Positions 19,217-31,394 of a stretch of DNA of 32,000 bases are shown here, piece by piece (position 1 is the stretch's first letter; each line of letters starts with the position of its first letter). The stretch covers positions 420,001-452,000 of the forward strand of contig CP006913.1 of the NCBI GenBank assembly GCA_000503875.1. The letters run 5' to 3'. The notes under the pieces are model-generated. The model searched no databases and was not told the DNA's origin. It worked only from the letters and a program-made list of their open reading frames with translations. The DNA comes from Candidatus Saccharimonadota bacterium. Its GTDB lineage: Bacteria > Patescibacteriota > Gracilibacteria > Absconditabacterales > Absconditicoccaceae. The position numbers were made by a program, and so were the translations under genes.

Positions 19217-19305
19217 TAAATAGGTAAAGTACCTAGCTAACTATATTCAGTGGCAGCCCACTTTTGTGAGGCGCTACGACCACTTTTATTATGTATTATA
19301 TTATT
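19217..19305 (+). promoter_or_regulatory. GC-enriched rplK-rplA spacer with alternative hairpins (possible L1 autoregulatory or attenuator element)
   Basis: In cagtggcagcccacttttgtgaggcgctacgaccactttt, the agtgg segment can pair with either of two ccact(tttt) copies. GC content is well above the surrounding sequence. Confidence 0.3.
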
Positions 19306-19986
19306 ATGGCAAAACACGGTAAAAAGTACGTTGAATCAAAAAAAACAATTGATTCATCAAAATTGTATTCTGTTGCAGAAGCAGTAGAATTAGTAAAGAA
19401 ATCTGTTTATACTAAATTTGATCCAACTATTGATATTGCAATCAATACATTTGCAAATCCAAAGTATAATGATCAAATGATTAGATCTACAACAATTTTA
19501 CCTCATGGAACAGGAAAAACAAAGAAAATTGCTGTTTTTGTTTCTGAAGATAAAGCTGCTGAAGCAAAAAAAGCTGGTGCAGATATAGCTGGAACAGAAA
19601 ATTTATTGAATGACATTAAAGCAGGTAAATTTGATTTTGATATATTGATTACTACACCAGAAAATATCAGAGATTTAGCAGTTGTTGCTAAACAACTTGG
19701 ACCAAAAGGATTGATGCCTTCTCCAAAAGCAGGAACAGTTGTACAAAATATTGCACAAGCTGTAGAAGAAATTAAGAAAGGAAAAATAGAATTTAAATTG
19801 GATAAAACAGGAAATATTCATGCTCCTGTAGGAAAAGGTTCATTTGATGCTAAAAAACTTCAAGAAAATATAGAATGATTTATTAAATCTGTAGAAGAAA
19901 GTAAACCAGCTGGAGTAAAAGGAAAACTTATTAGAAAAATAGTTCTTTCTTCTACTATGGGACCTGGAATTCAAATAGTATGTTAA
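19306..19986 (+). CDS. rplA: 50S ribosomal protein L1
   Basis: [13 protein letters not shown]...LPHGTGK..KIAVF...[11 protein letters not shown] are canonical L1 blocks. One TGA (19876-78) is read through to TAA at 19984-86. I prefer the ATG at 19306 to 19291. Confidence 0.93.
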
Positions 19987-20006
19987 TCTCTTAAATAATA
20001 AAAAAA

Positions 20007-20035
20007 ACAGCCTTAAATGTGGCTGTTTTTTTTTA
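20007..20035. terminator. Bidirectional rho-independent terminator
   Basis: Stem acagcc (20007-20012) pairs with ggctgt (20021-20026), followed by T9 and preceded by A8. It sits between the convergent rplA and ftsX. Confidence 0.8.
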
Positions 20036-20046
20036 TTATATTTTAT

Positions 20047-20979
20047 TTATTTTTTCAAATTACGTACAATATAATAAGAAAATATCATAGTAAATAAAAC
20101 AAATAAAATTATTTCCAAAATAAATCCTAAAAATACGTATCAGATATTGGATTGTGCAAAAATATCTAGTAATCAAATATTAAATAGTTCATATAATGAT
20201 ACGCCTAATGTAGACCAACTAAGAAGAAGTAATCACAAACATAAAGTAAATCAAATAGCTAAGGTAGAAATATTAAGTGTTACAAATTCTTTTATAATAT
20301 CAAAGTAAGATCCACCCAAAAGATTTTTGATTTCAATATTTTTCTTGAGATATTGAAACATAAAAGATGTTTGATATCCTAGAAAGGTAAATATAACCAT
20401 AATTAGAAATAGAACAATAATAACTGATAAAACAACAATAAGATTGTTAATATCAATAATATTCAGAATTCTATTTTCTTGTTCTTGAATAGTTTTTCAT
20501 TCACTAATATCTTTTACATTAAGAATAATATCTTTATATTGGAGGATTGTAGTTTTTAAAAGTTCATATTCTTTATGCGAAGTAAACATAACATATAAGG
20601 TAGCCGGAAGTGGATTTTCCATACCAAATTCTTCGAAGTTTTTGCTAATTTCTGGAAGTTTATTTTCTAGAAATTTCATAGCATCATCTTTTGAAGAAAA
20701 CATTACTTTTAATCCTTTTTTTTGAAGATCATTTTGAAGATCTATAATTTTTTTATAAGTAATATCTTGAGTTTCTGGTGTTTCTTTAATATAGAAATAT
20801 ATTCATAATTTATCTCTTAATGTATCACTAAATGAATTAGTATAACTAGAAATACCAATAAAAATATTCAATAAAAACAAAAGAAATCAGACCAAAATAC
20901 CAACTCATAGAAGTTGTTTCCAATGATATTTTATCATATGATATATATCTTGTTTAACAAGTGATCCAGATAATTTCAT
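20047..20979 (-). CDS. ftsX: Cell division permease FtsX-like protein
   Basis: ATG at 20979 and one frame through several TGA to TAA at 20047-49 (310 aa). There is an N-terminal TM, then a periplasmic domain with the ENPLPATLYV motif typical of FtsX, then C-terminal TM helices. No ftsE lies adjacent. Confidence 0.8.
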
Positions 20980-20981
20980 AA

Positions 20982-21611
20982 TTATGCGTGTAAAGGAGTA
21001 AACATATGTTGTGTAGTAATAAATTTCTCAAACAAAGCTATTTTATTGTCGTAATATTCCATATCTTTATCAATGGTTTGGATATTTTTATGGTGTTTAT
21101 AAAAATAAGAAATCATACTTTTGGCTTTTTTGTAATTTTGTTCCAAAATATAGATTTCTATAAGATTATAGATAACTTCTGCATCTTTATTATTGATAGA
21201 AAAAGAATCTTTGAGAAGATTTACTCACTTTTCTCTGTTACCATACCAATATTCACAAAGACCATAACATCTAATAATTTCATGATTTTCAGCTTTAGTA
21301 AGTTCCAAAGCCTTTCTTAGATATTTTTTTGCATCAATCCAGTTGTTTTTTTCCATTTCTAGAACTCATTTAATATACAATCCCAATGGATCTTCGTGAT
21401 TTTTCTTTGCATTAAGAAAATCAATAGCTTTTGATGCTTTTCCTATTTCTCATTGTCTGTATTGAATATCCGTTACCTGCAAAAGAGCATCTTCATTACT
21501 AGGATCCTTTACGAGGATAGTATTGATCTTTTTCATAGCTTCATCAAATTTATTGAGTTCTTTAAGTTGTTCTATTTCATCAATCAATTGTTCTGGAATA
21601 TACGTGTTCAT
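20982..21611 (-). CDS. Tetratricopeptide-repeat (TPR) protein
   Basis: ATG at 21611 and TAA at 20982-84 (209 aa, 3 TGA). It shows repeated A/Y/L-spaced helical pairs (e.g. KFDEAMKKINTILVKDPSNEDALL, NWIDAKKYLRKALELT, YKKAKSMISYFYKH). It ends 2 nt before the ftsX ATG. Confidence 0.7.
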
Positions 21612-21734
21612 GAATCAATATAGATAAAAAGAGTAAAAACATATCACTTAAGATTACTCAAAAAAAAATATATATCAAATATTCACCCATAGAACGAAAA
21701 AAAGAAATTTACATTTCACTCAAAGAATATATAG

Positions 21735-22793
21735 CTATAATGTTTTTTGTCCTAAAACGACAGGAAAAGATAATGTTTGGTTATTTCTTATTATAGTAAA
21801 AACAACAGTTTCACCTGGTTTATAGGTATATAAATAATATAAGAGAGGATTGATTAAAGAAATTTTACGTTTATCTAGTGAAATAATGATATCTCCAACT
21901 AATAATTGTCATTGAACAGGAGAACCAGCAAAAATAGTATCTATTTTGGCTCAAGTGGAAGTATCGGTATAAGATATTCCAAGATATGGTCTCAATAGAA
22001 GGTTATTTTGCTGAAGAATTTCAAGTGTTGTTGTAATAAATTTATAATTCAACGGTATTGCAAAACCAATATTGTTGCCTCCACGAGAAATAGCAGTTAC
22101 TATACCCAATACATCCCCAGAAAGAGAAATCAATGGTCATCAACTATTTCAAGGATTTAGCGCTGCATCTGTTTGATAAAATCCTGCATAATAAGAATTT
22201 GTTGAAGAATCTATAGTTAATTTTCTTCATTTTCCACTAATAATTCAAAAAGAAACTGTATTTGGATACTCAGATAATGGATTCCCAATAGCAAAAACGA
22301 ACTGTCAAACATTAACAGGTTCATCAAGATCAATAAATTTAGCTTCTGATAGTAGAGGGGTTTCTATTTCAATAAAGATAATTGCTATATCGATCATATC
22401 ATCTTTTCGTATTTTTTTTACAGGGAAACTTTTTCCATCATCAGTAATAACTGTATATTTTAAGTTTAAATTATCGACTACATGATTGTTAGTAATAATA
22501 TAACCTTTTTTTGAAATTATAATACCAGTTCATTTTTTTAGTATACTTTGTTTTTCAATAAGTGTATCTTTATCAAAAGACTCTTCTTGATAATAAGCAG
22601 CTGTATCTTCAGCAACAACCTGTACGACAATATCAGTAGTAGTACTGGCTCAAGCGATTATTTGTTGTTCCAGAGATTTTGCACTACCAGGAGCCATCTG
22701 AGAATAGTTCTTATTTCAAAAGAAATAAGAAGAAAAAAAGAGAATAACTAAGATATTTACTCCAAGCATTCGTAAAAATCCCTTGTTGTGCAT
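21735..22793 (-). CDS. htrA: HtrA/DegP-family trypsin-like serine protease with a C-terminal PDZ-like region
   Basis: The N-terminal TM is followed by GYIITNNHVV (His), DIAII (Asp) and TDAALNP-G-NS-G-G-PL (catalytic Ser box GNSGGP). All three box glycines are TGA (22149-51, 22140-42, 22137-39). 352 aa, TAG at 21735-37. Confidence 0.9.
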
Positions 22794-22810
22794 TAATTAT
22801 AATGGAAAAT

Positions 22811-22850
22811 TTAAAATAAGACGCCGAAACTTTCAGAGAAGTTTAACGTC
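22811..22850 (-). terminator. Probable terminator downstream of gyrA
   Basis: Nested stems gacg/cgtc (22819-22/22846-49) and aaactt/aagttt (22826-31/22838-43), followed on the minus strand by ttatttta. A second inverted repeat atcctatat/atataggat lies at about 22856-22890. Confidence 0.45.
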
Positions 22851-22894
22851 GTTTTTATCCTATATGAAATTTTTTAATTTTATATAGGATAAAA

Positions 22895-25456
<2,562 letters not shown>

Positions 25457-25573
25457 AAACGCATACGAAATATATAAAAAAAAGACTAAGTCCAAAGTCA
25501 CGTCAATCCTTTATATAAAAATTAAGACCTAATTCAAGCATAAGAAATAGTTTTTCCTTGACAAAAAAACAAT

Positions 25574-25603
25574 AAAAAAACCCACCAGAAATAATCTGAC
25601 GGG
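25574..25603 (-). terminator. Rho-independent terminator downstream of purA
   Basis: On the minus strand cccgtcaga pairs with tctggtggg (9 bp including two G-U pairs, 25581-25603), followed by T7. Confidence 0.65.
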
Positions 25604-25627
25604 TTTAGAATATTTTCTTGAAGATAT

Positions 25628-26929
25628 CTATCTATATATGATATCTTTGCGGTCAGGACCGGTAGATACTATAGTTATAGGCAGATCCAAGTATTTTTCA
25701 ACCATCTTGATGAAAGCTAAAAAATTTTCATCAAATTTTCCATCTTCATCAACCATTTTTTTCCAACCTTCTATAGTTTTATAGATTGGAATAGCTTTCT
25801 CGTCCGGAAAATTATGGTTGTTCTCATATGCCACACAAACTTTCAATTTTGGTATTCCATCCAAAATATCAGCTTTTGTCATAATCAACTCAGTTACTCC
25901 GTTGATCATGCATGAATATTTGAGCAATACTAAATCTAACCAACCACAACGACGCGGACGTCCAGTGGTAGCACCAAATTCTTTACCAATTTTTTGAATT
26001 ATAACACCCCATTCTTTTTCAGTTTTACCTAGAAATCTTTTGTTTTTGCTAAGTAATTCTGTTGGGAATGGGCCTTCTCCAACCCTGGTTGTATAAGCTT
26101 TGAAAAGTCCAAATACTTTACCAAGATGTTTTGGAGACATACCAGTACCGGTAAAGAAACCTCCGATGGAAGTATTAGATGCGGTCACACCTGGATAAGT
26201 TCCATGATCTATATCAAGGAATGTTCCTTGAGCACCTTCTCCCAAAAACCTTTTACCATTATTGATGGCTTCATTCAAATAAATAGCTGTATCAGTAATT
26301 CTGAATTTTTTTAGGAATTCAATTGCATCAAGCCATTGATTGAACAAAGCTTTGGTATCTACGTCAAAAATCATTTCAGGGAATTTGCTAGATATAATCG
26401 AAAGATGTTCATAATATAGCTCTTTTGCTTTCTCTTGGAAATCTGGATCATTGATAGAACCGGTTCTCAGGCCAACACGCAATATTTTATCTGCGGTTGT
26501 AGGACCAATACCTTTCAAAGTAGTTCCAACCTTATTTTTTCCCTTTTTTACTTCCTGGTATTTATCCAGTATTTTGTGGCTTGGAAGAATAAGATGGGCT
26601 TTATTTGAAATAACTATTTTTTTCAATAATTCTTCCATAGTCAATAAATCCGGGAAATTATTAACCAAATTGAGAATTTCTTGCCTAAATATAACAGGAT
26701 CTATGAGAACCCCATTTGCAATGATACTTTCAGAATTTTTTTTGAAGATATTTGAAGGTATTGTGTGTAAGACCGTTTTGACAGCATCAAATTCTATGCT
26801 ATGGCCAGCATTTGGCCCACCTTGAAAACGAATACCACCATTGTAGTTTTCTTTATTAGAGATTGCATCAACTGCTTTCCCTTTACCTTCATCCCCCCAT
26901 TGGAGGCCTAATAATACGTCTGCTTTCAT
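25628..26929 (-). CDS. purA: Adenylosuccinate synthetase
   Basis: Uninterrupted 433-aa ORF. GLQWGDEGKGK P-loop, GGPNAGH, TTLKGIGP, GAQGTFLDIDHGTYP, VT(A)SN and GATTGRPRRCGW are all canonical PurA blocks. There is no in-frame TGA; the stop is TAG. Confidence 0.96.
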   Translation of the reverse strand: MKADVLLGLQWGDEGKGKAVDAISNKENYNGGIRFQGGPNAGHSIEFDAVKTVLHTIPSNIFKKNSESIIANGVLIDPVIFRQEILNLVNNFPDLLTMEELLKKIVISNKAHLILPSHKILDKYQEVKKGKNKVGTTLKGIGPTTADKILRVGLRTGSINDPDFQEKAKELYYEHLSIISSKFPEMIFDVDTKALFNQWLDAIEFLKKFRITDTAIYLNEAINNGKRFLGEGAQGTFLDIDHGTYPGVTASNTSIGGFFTGTGMSPKHLGKVFGLFKAYTTRVGEGPFPTELLSKNKRFLGKTEKEWGVIIQKIGKEFGATTGRPRRCGWLDLVLLKYSCMINGVTELIMTKADILDGIPKLKVCVAYENNHNFPDEKAIPIYKTIEGWKKMVDEDGKFDENFLAFIKMVEKYLDLPITIVSTGPDRKDIIYR

Positions 26930-27147
26930 AATTTTAAATTTATGTTAGTGTTTTGGTTAGTTTTATTTTAAATAAGTCGATATTAAAAATATAATAAATA
27001 ACCGACTTCGATGATTAACATAAAGATATAAAATAAAAAGTCAATAAAAGATATTATAATAAACTATTTTTGATAAAAAATCCAGAAATTCTCTTGAAAA
27101 ACAATAAAAAAAAGAAATACTATATATAGCTTTACTTTCTAACCCCT

Positions 27148-27342
27148 ATGGCCATGAAAAAAGCTATCACAAAACCTTTAATTGATATCAAACAACTTGA
27201 ACGAGAACTTAGAGAAAATGGTTATAATGAGTGGGATATTGAAGAAATTATTTGACGTGCAAGTGATATCAATGAAAAGCATGATTGAACAACAAAAGAA
27301 GTAAATGAATTTATGTTTAGTATGAAAGAAAAAGTAGATTAA
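27148..27342 (+). CDS. Small hypothetical protein (64 aa)
   Basis: ATG at 27148, 2 in-frame TGA, TAA at 27340-42, followed by a clean terminator. Charged composition. Confidence 0.5.
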
Positions 27343-27369
27343 ATTTTCAGGATAGATATATTGTATATT

Positions 27370-27393
27370 TCACAGATTTTTCTGTGATTTTTT
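27370..27393 (+). terminator. Rho-independent terminator
   Basis: Stem tcacaga (27370-76) pairs with tctgtga (27381-87) around a 4-nt loop, followed by T6. Confidence 0.75.
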
Positions 27394-27421
27394 ATTATTT
27401 CAAGAAAAAGTCAACAAAAAT

Positions 27422-27450
27422 TTGACAAAATCAAGAAAAATAGATAGTAT
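27422..27450 (+). promoter_or_regulatory. Sigma70-like promoter for the antiporter gene
   Basis: TTGACA (27422-27), a 17-nt spacer, then TAGTAT (27445-50), about 34 nt upstream of the GTG start. Confidence 0.5.
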
Positions 27451-27483
27451 TAATTATACATTTTAATCATTAAATATTACATC

Positions 27484-29199
27484 GTGTCTGAACAAATATT
27501 CTTAGCATTATCAATCGTTATTTGAGCAGTACTCATTACGCTTGGTATTATGAAAGTACTAAAACAACCTATGATTATCTGATATATCCTTGCAGGAACA
27601 TTAATCAGTATATTTTTACCAAATTTATTGCATGGAAATACAAGTTTCGAATCATTTGGAAATTTAGGAATAAGCTTTCTATTGTTTATGGTAGGTATGG
27701 AGCTAAATCCTAGCATTATTAAAGATCTTGGAAAAACAGCATTAATTTGATGAAGTATACAGGTAATTGTTACATCATTCGTATGACGGGGAATAGCTAT
27801 GTTGCTGGGAATGGATCCTATGACATCACTATACATAGGAGTCTGATTTTCTTTTAGTAGTACAATCGTTGTTCTAAAATTACTCGGAGATAAAGATGAA
27901 ATGGAATCAACATTCGGAAGATTAAGTATTGGTATTCTAATCGTTCAAGATATAATTGTTATGCTTATGTTGGTTGGATTGGCTACATTCAAAAATATTT
28001 GAGATACAAGTGGAATAGCAGTTATTTGATGATTAGTACTCAAAATGATTGGATTAGGTGGTGGTTTATATCTTATAGGAAAATATCTTATACCAAAAAT
28101 AACAGAAAAAATTGCAGAATCACAAGAATATCTCTTTCTTTTCGCTATATGACGATGTTTTATATTATGAAGCGTATTTCATTGGTTTTGATTTGGTATA
28201 GAAATTGGTACATTGATTGCAGGTATAACACTAGCTAACTCTTCTTATAGATTTGAAATAACGAGTAGAATAAAGTCATTGAGAGATTTTTTTATAGTAA
28301 TATTCTTCGTATTATTATGATCTCACGTGGATTTTGGATGAATTGGTATTTATCTTCCAAAAGTTATCATACTTTCTCTCTTTGTATTGATAGGAAAACC
28401 TATTATTGTAAGTATTATTTTAGGATTGATGTGACATACAAAAAAGAATAATTTTTTCACATGATTATCACTTGGACAAATTAGTGAATTTTCTTTTTTA
28501 CTTATCACCATGGGAATAGCATCATGAACGATTAAAGATCCAAATATATTATGAATAATTACCTTAGTGGGATTGGTTTCTATTGCTTGATCAAGCTATT
28601 TTATGGTGTATAATGAAAAATTATATCATATACTAAAACCACTTATTAAGTTCTTACCAGGTCTTTGGAATAAAGAATACAAAAAAATAAACAAAGAAGA
28701 TTATAATATTATGTTATTTGGATATGGAAGATTTGGAAGCAATCTCTATCAATTTTTGACAAAAAAAGAAGATAAAATTCTTATTGTAGATGAACATCCA
28801 ACAATTATAAAACAACTTCAAAAAGGAAATATTCCATGTATTTATGGAGATGTAGGAGATAGTGAATTTCTCCAAGAACTCAATATAAAAGAGACAAAAA
28901 TGATTATAAGTACTATTAAGAAATTTGATGAAAATATGGTATTATTAAAAACAATGAAACAACACAAAAAAAATCTGATTATCATCTTGGTATCAAATCA
29001 TGTTGAAGAAGCTATTAAATTGTACGAACAAGGTGCTGATTATGTTATTTTACCTCATTATATAGGGGTCGATCATACTTCTTTAATGCTTGAAGAATAC
29101 GGTTTCGATATAGAAAAATTTATTAATAACAAAGAGTATCAAATTCATAAGTTACAAGAAAAACAATGAATTTCTATTATAGAAACATTAAGTAAATAA
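27484..29199 (+). CDS. CPA2-family monovalent cation:proton antiporter (Kef-type) with a C-terminal TrkA-N/RCK domain
   Basis: GTG at 27484 (an in-frame TAA lies at 27451-53 upstream). There are about 380 aa of TM domain with more than 20 TGA-Gly, e.g. QPMII-G-YILAGTLI, FLLFMVGMELN, GI-G-ISFSSTIVVLKLL and LIVQDI. ORF-track piece 28603..29169 follows in frame and carries the Rossmann motif IMLFGYGRFG. The standard-code stop at 29167-69 is TGA; the real stop is TAA at 29197-99. 571 aa. Confidence 0.88.
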
Positions 29200-29493
29200 T
29201 TATTTTATTGCTCCTGTGTCTGTTACAGAAGACCCTTTTAATGCACTAAGAAAATAGTCTTTTAGTCCATTTTTGATATTTTCTGCAAGGACTTGTTTTT
29301 GGGCTTCTACTTTTTGACTAAGTTGTTGTTGTGCAGTACTTCCTGGATATGCTTCTTGAAATTGTGTATAAGAATTATCCCAAGCCTCCAAAAGAAGATC
29401 ACTAGAAACTCCTTCTAAAATTTTAAATCAAACTCCAGCTCCTACGATAAATCCAAAAATAAAGATAAAAAGCCAAGTAAGTAAGGTCTTCAT
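29200..29493 (-). CDS. Small membrane-anchored hypothetical protein (97 aa)
   Basis: ATG at 29493. N-terminal TM MKTLLTWLFIFIFGFIVGAGV-G-F, then a Q/A/E-rich sequence that is possibly helical. The TAA at 29200-02 abuts the antiporter stop. Confidence 0.6.
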
Positions 29494-29576
29494 AAGAAAG
29501 TAAGAAAAATATAAAAATATAAGATATTTTCTTTATAACATTATCTTTATTTTTTTCAATAAAAAAAACACCTAAT

Positions 29577-29720
29577 TTAGGTGTAAGAAGAAGTAAGAAG
29601 TAATCGAACAAGAACAATGTATCCTAAAACAGTATTTACCATAACAAGGGTAAATGCACTGAAAAGAATAAATACCACAAAGGAAAATAAAATATTTCCT
29701 AGTTTTTTAATTATTTTCAT
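29577..29720 (-). CDS. Putative 47-aa membrane peptide
   Basis: ATG at 29720 and TAA at 29577-79. MKIIKKLGNILFSFVVFILFSAFTLVMVNTVLGYIVLVRLLL is strongly hydrophobic. Its stop is embedded in hairpin acaccta/taggtgt, which is followed by T8 on the minus strand. Confidence 0.4.
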   Translation of the reverse strand: MKIIKKLGNILFSFVVFILFSAFTLVMVNTVLGYIVLVRLLLTSSYT

Positions 29721-29813
29721 CTATTTTTAGTTTTTGTTTCTCTATAAGATATATTGATTTCATTGGATATTTCAATACTACAGTAAAAAACATTTTATTT
29801 AATACAAAATATA

Positions 29814-30530
29814 ATGCTTGAAATCAAAAATTTATCAGTAAAAATAGAAGAAAAAATACTTTTAAACGATATATCTTTGAGTTTTGAATTATGAAAAAAT
29901 TATTGTATTTTAGGAAAAAACGGCTCTGGAAAATCTTCATTAGCAATGACGATTATGGGACATCCAAAATACATAATAGAATCAGGATTTATTACTGTAG
30001 AAGGGAAATCTATTAAAGAAATGGAGCCTAATGAAAGAGCTAAACTGTGAATTTTTCTTGCTTTTCAACATATTCCAGAAATTGCAGGATTGAAATTATT
30101 TGAGTTTCTTAGAACAATTTATAATGCAAATCAATGACAAGAATATTCATTTTTACAATTTAAAAAAATAATAGAGCCACTATTTTTAGAACTAAATTTA
30201 GAAAAAGATTTTTTGCGAAGAGATCTTAACGTGGGTTTTAGTGGTGGAGAAAGAAGAAAATTAGAGGTTCTTCAAATAAAATTACTCCAACCTAAATATA
30301 TAATTCTGGATGAAATTGATAGTGGACTTGATGTTGATGCATTCAAAACCGTTGCAAAATTGGTTGCTGAAGAGAACAAAGAATGAAATACATTTATTGT
30401 AATCACCCATATTTTTACAATTTTGGACTATATTTCCGTAGATAAAGTGTTTATTTTGGAAAACGGAAAAATAAGCAAAGAGTGAGATACATCTTTGATC
30501 ACAAAAATCAAAAAAGAATGATTTAATTAA
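29814..30530 (+). CDS. sufC: Fe-S cluster assembly ATPase SufC
   Basis: Table-25 translation: Walker A GKNGSGKSS, GHPKYIIESGFITVEGKSI, ERAKL-G-IFLAFQHIPEIAG, NVGFSGGERRKLEVLQ, ILDEIDSGLDVDA. This is the SufC-specific pattern. 238 aa with 7 TGA, TAA at 30528-30. The standard-code track misses it entirely. Confidence 0.88.
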
Positions 30531-31269
30531 TATTGTTTTTGATTTTTATTTCGGGTTTTTCTGGGTGTTCTACTTTTGCAATAAATCAATTCTGTCGTTC
30601 TTCAAGAGTGTTATCTTGTTTAAATTTTTCTTTAAAAAAATTTAATAACTGAGGAGAAAAATATTTTAAATCAATAATTCATTTTTTATGTAAATCTGGA
30701 AATATATCATCAAATCAAATTATTTTTCATGGAATAATTGCTGTGTTTACAATAGATTCATTGATATCACCATAATCACTAACAAATTTTCAAACACCAA
30801 TATTAACGGTATTTCTACCTTTTTGATCCACATAGTAAACTATATTGTTATGTGTTCATTCTAAACCAAAATGAAGTTTATATATTAATGGATCAGGTGT
30901 TTTTAATTCATTAACAACTAAATTAACATCGGAAAATCATGCTTCTTTCATATAATGCAATATCAAGAAAGAATATTCCAAACAAGTATTCATAAAAAAA
31001 ACTTCTTTTTCTGTTAACAATTGTCTTGTTGATAATTTTCGCATAGTATCAGGATCGTATTTTGGAGTTTTTTTTAAATTTGAATAAACACGATGAATTA
31101 TATCTGATATTACATAAAATACATCTTGATGTGTCTCGCATCAATCCAGTTTTTGGGTCTTTCCAAGAATACTATATATTTGTTGATCAGAAAGCAATTC
31201 TTTGTATCAATGAGATGCTATTTCTGATAATTGTTGTTTGGGAACTAAAATATTATTTAGATTTTCCAT
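30523..31269 (-). CDS. Hypothetical protein (248 aa)
   Basis: ATG at 31269 and one frame through about 9 TGA to TAA at 30523-25, overlapping the sufC 3' end by 8 nt. No family recognised. The antisense track ORF 31062..31271 is a shadow. Confidence 0.55.
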
Positions 31270-31344
31270 AAATAAAAAACCAAATAAAATAGAAAAAATC
31301 AATATCCGATAATAACGATTTTACAAAAAAAGTCAATTAAATGC

Positions 31345-31374
31345 AAAAAAGAAAAAACCCACTCATTTGAGCGG
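31345..31374 (-). terminator. Rho-independent terminator downstream of 31395..31910
   Basis: On the minus strand cccgctc pairs with gagtggg (31357-31374, one G-U pair) around a 4-nt loop, followed by a long T-run. Confidence 0.7.
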
Positions 31375-31394
31375 GTCATAATTTAACTCTAGCT

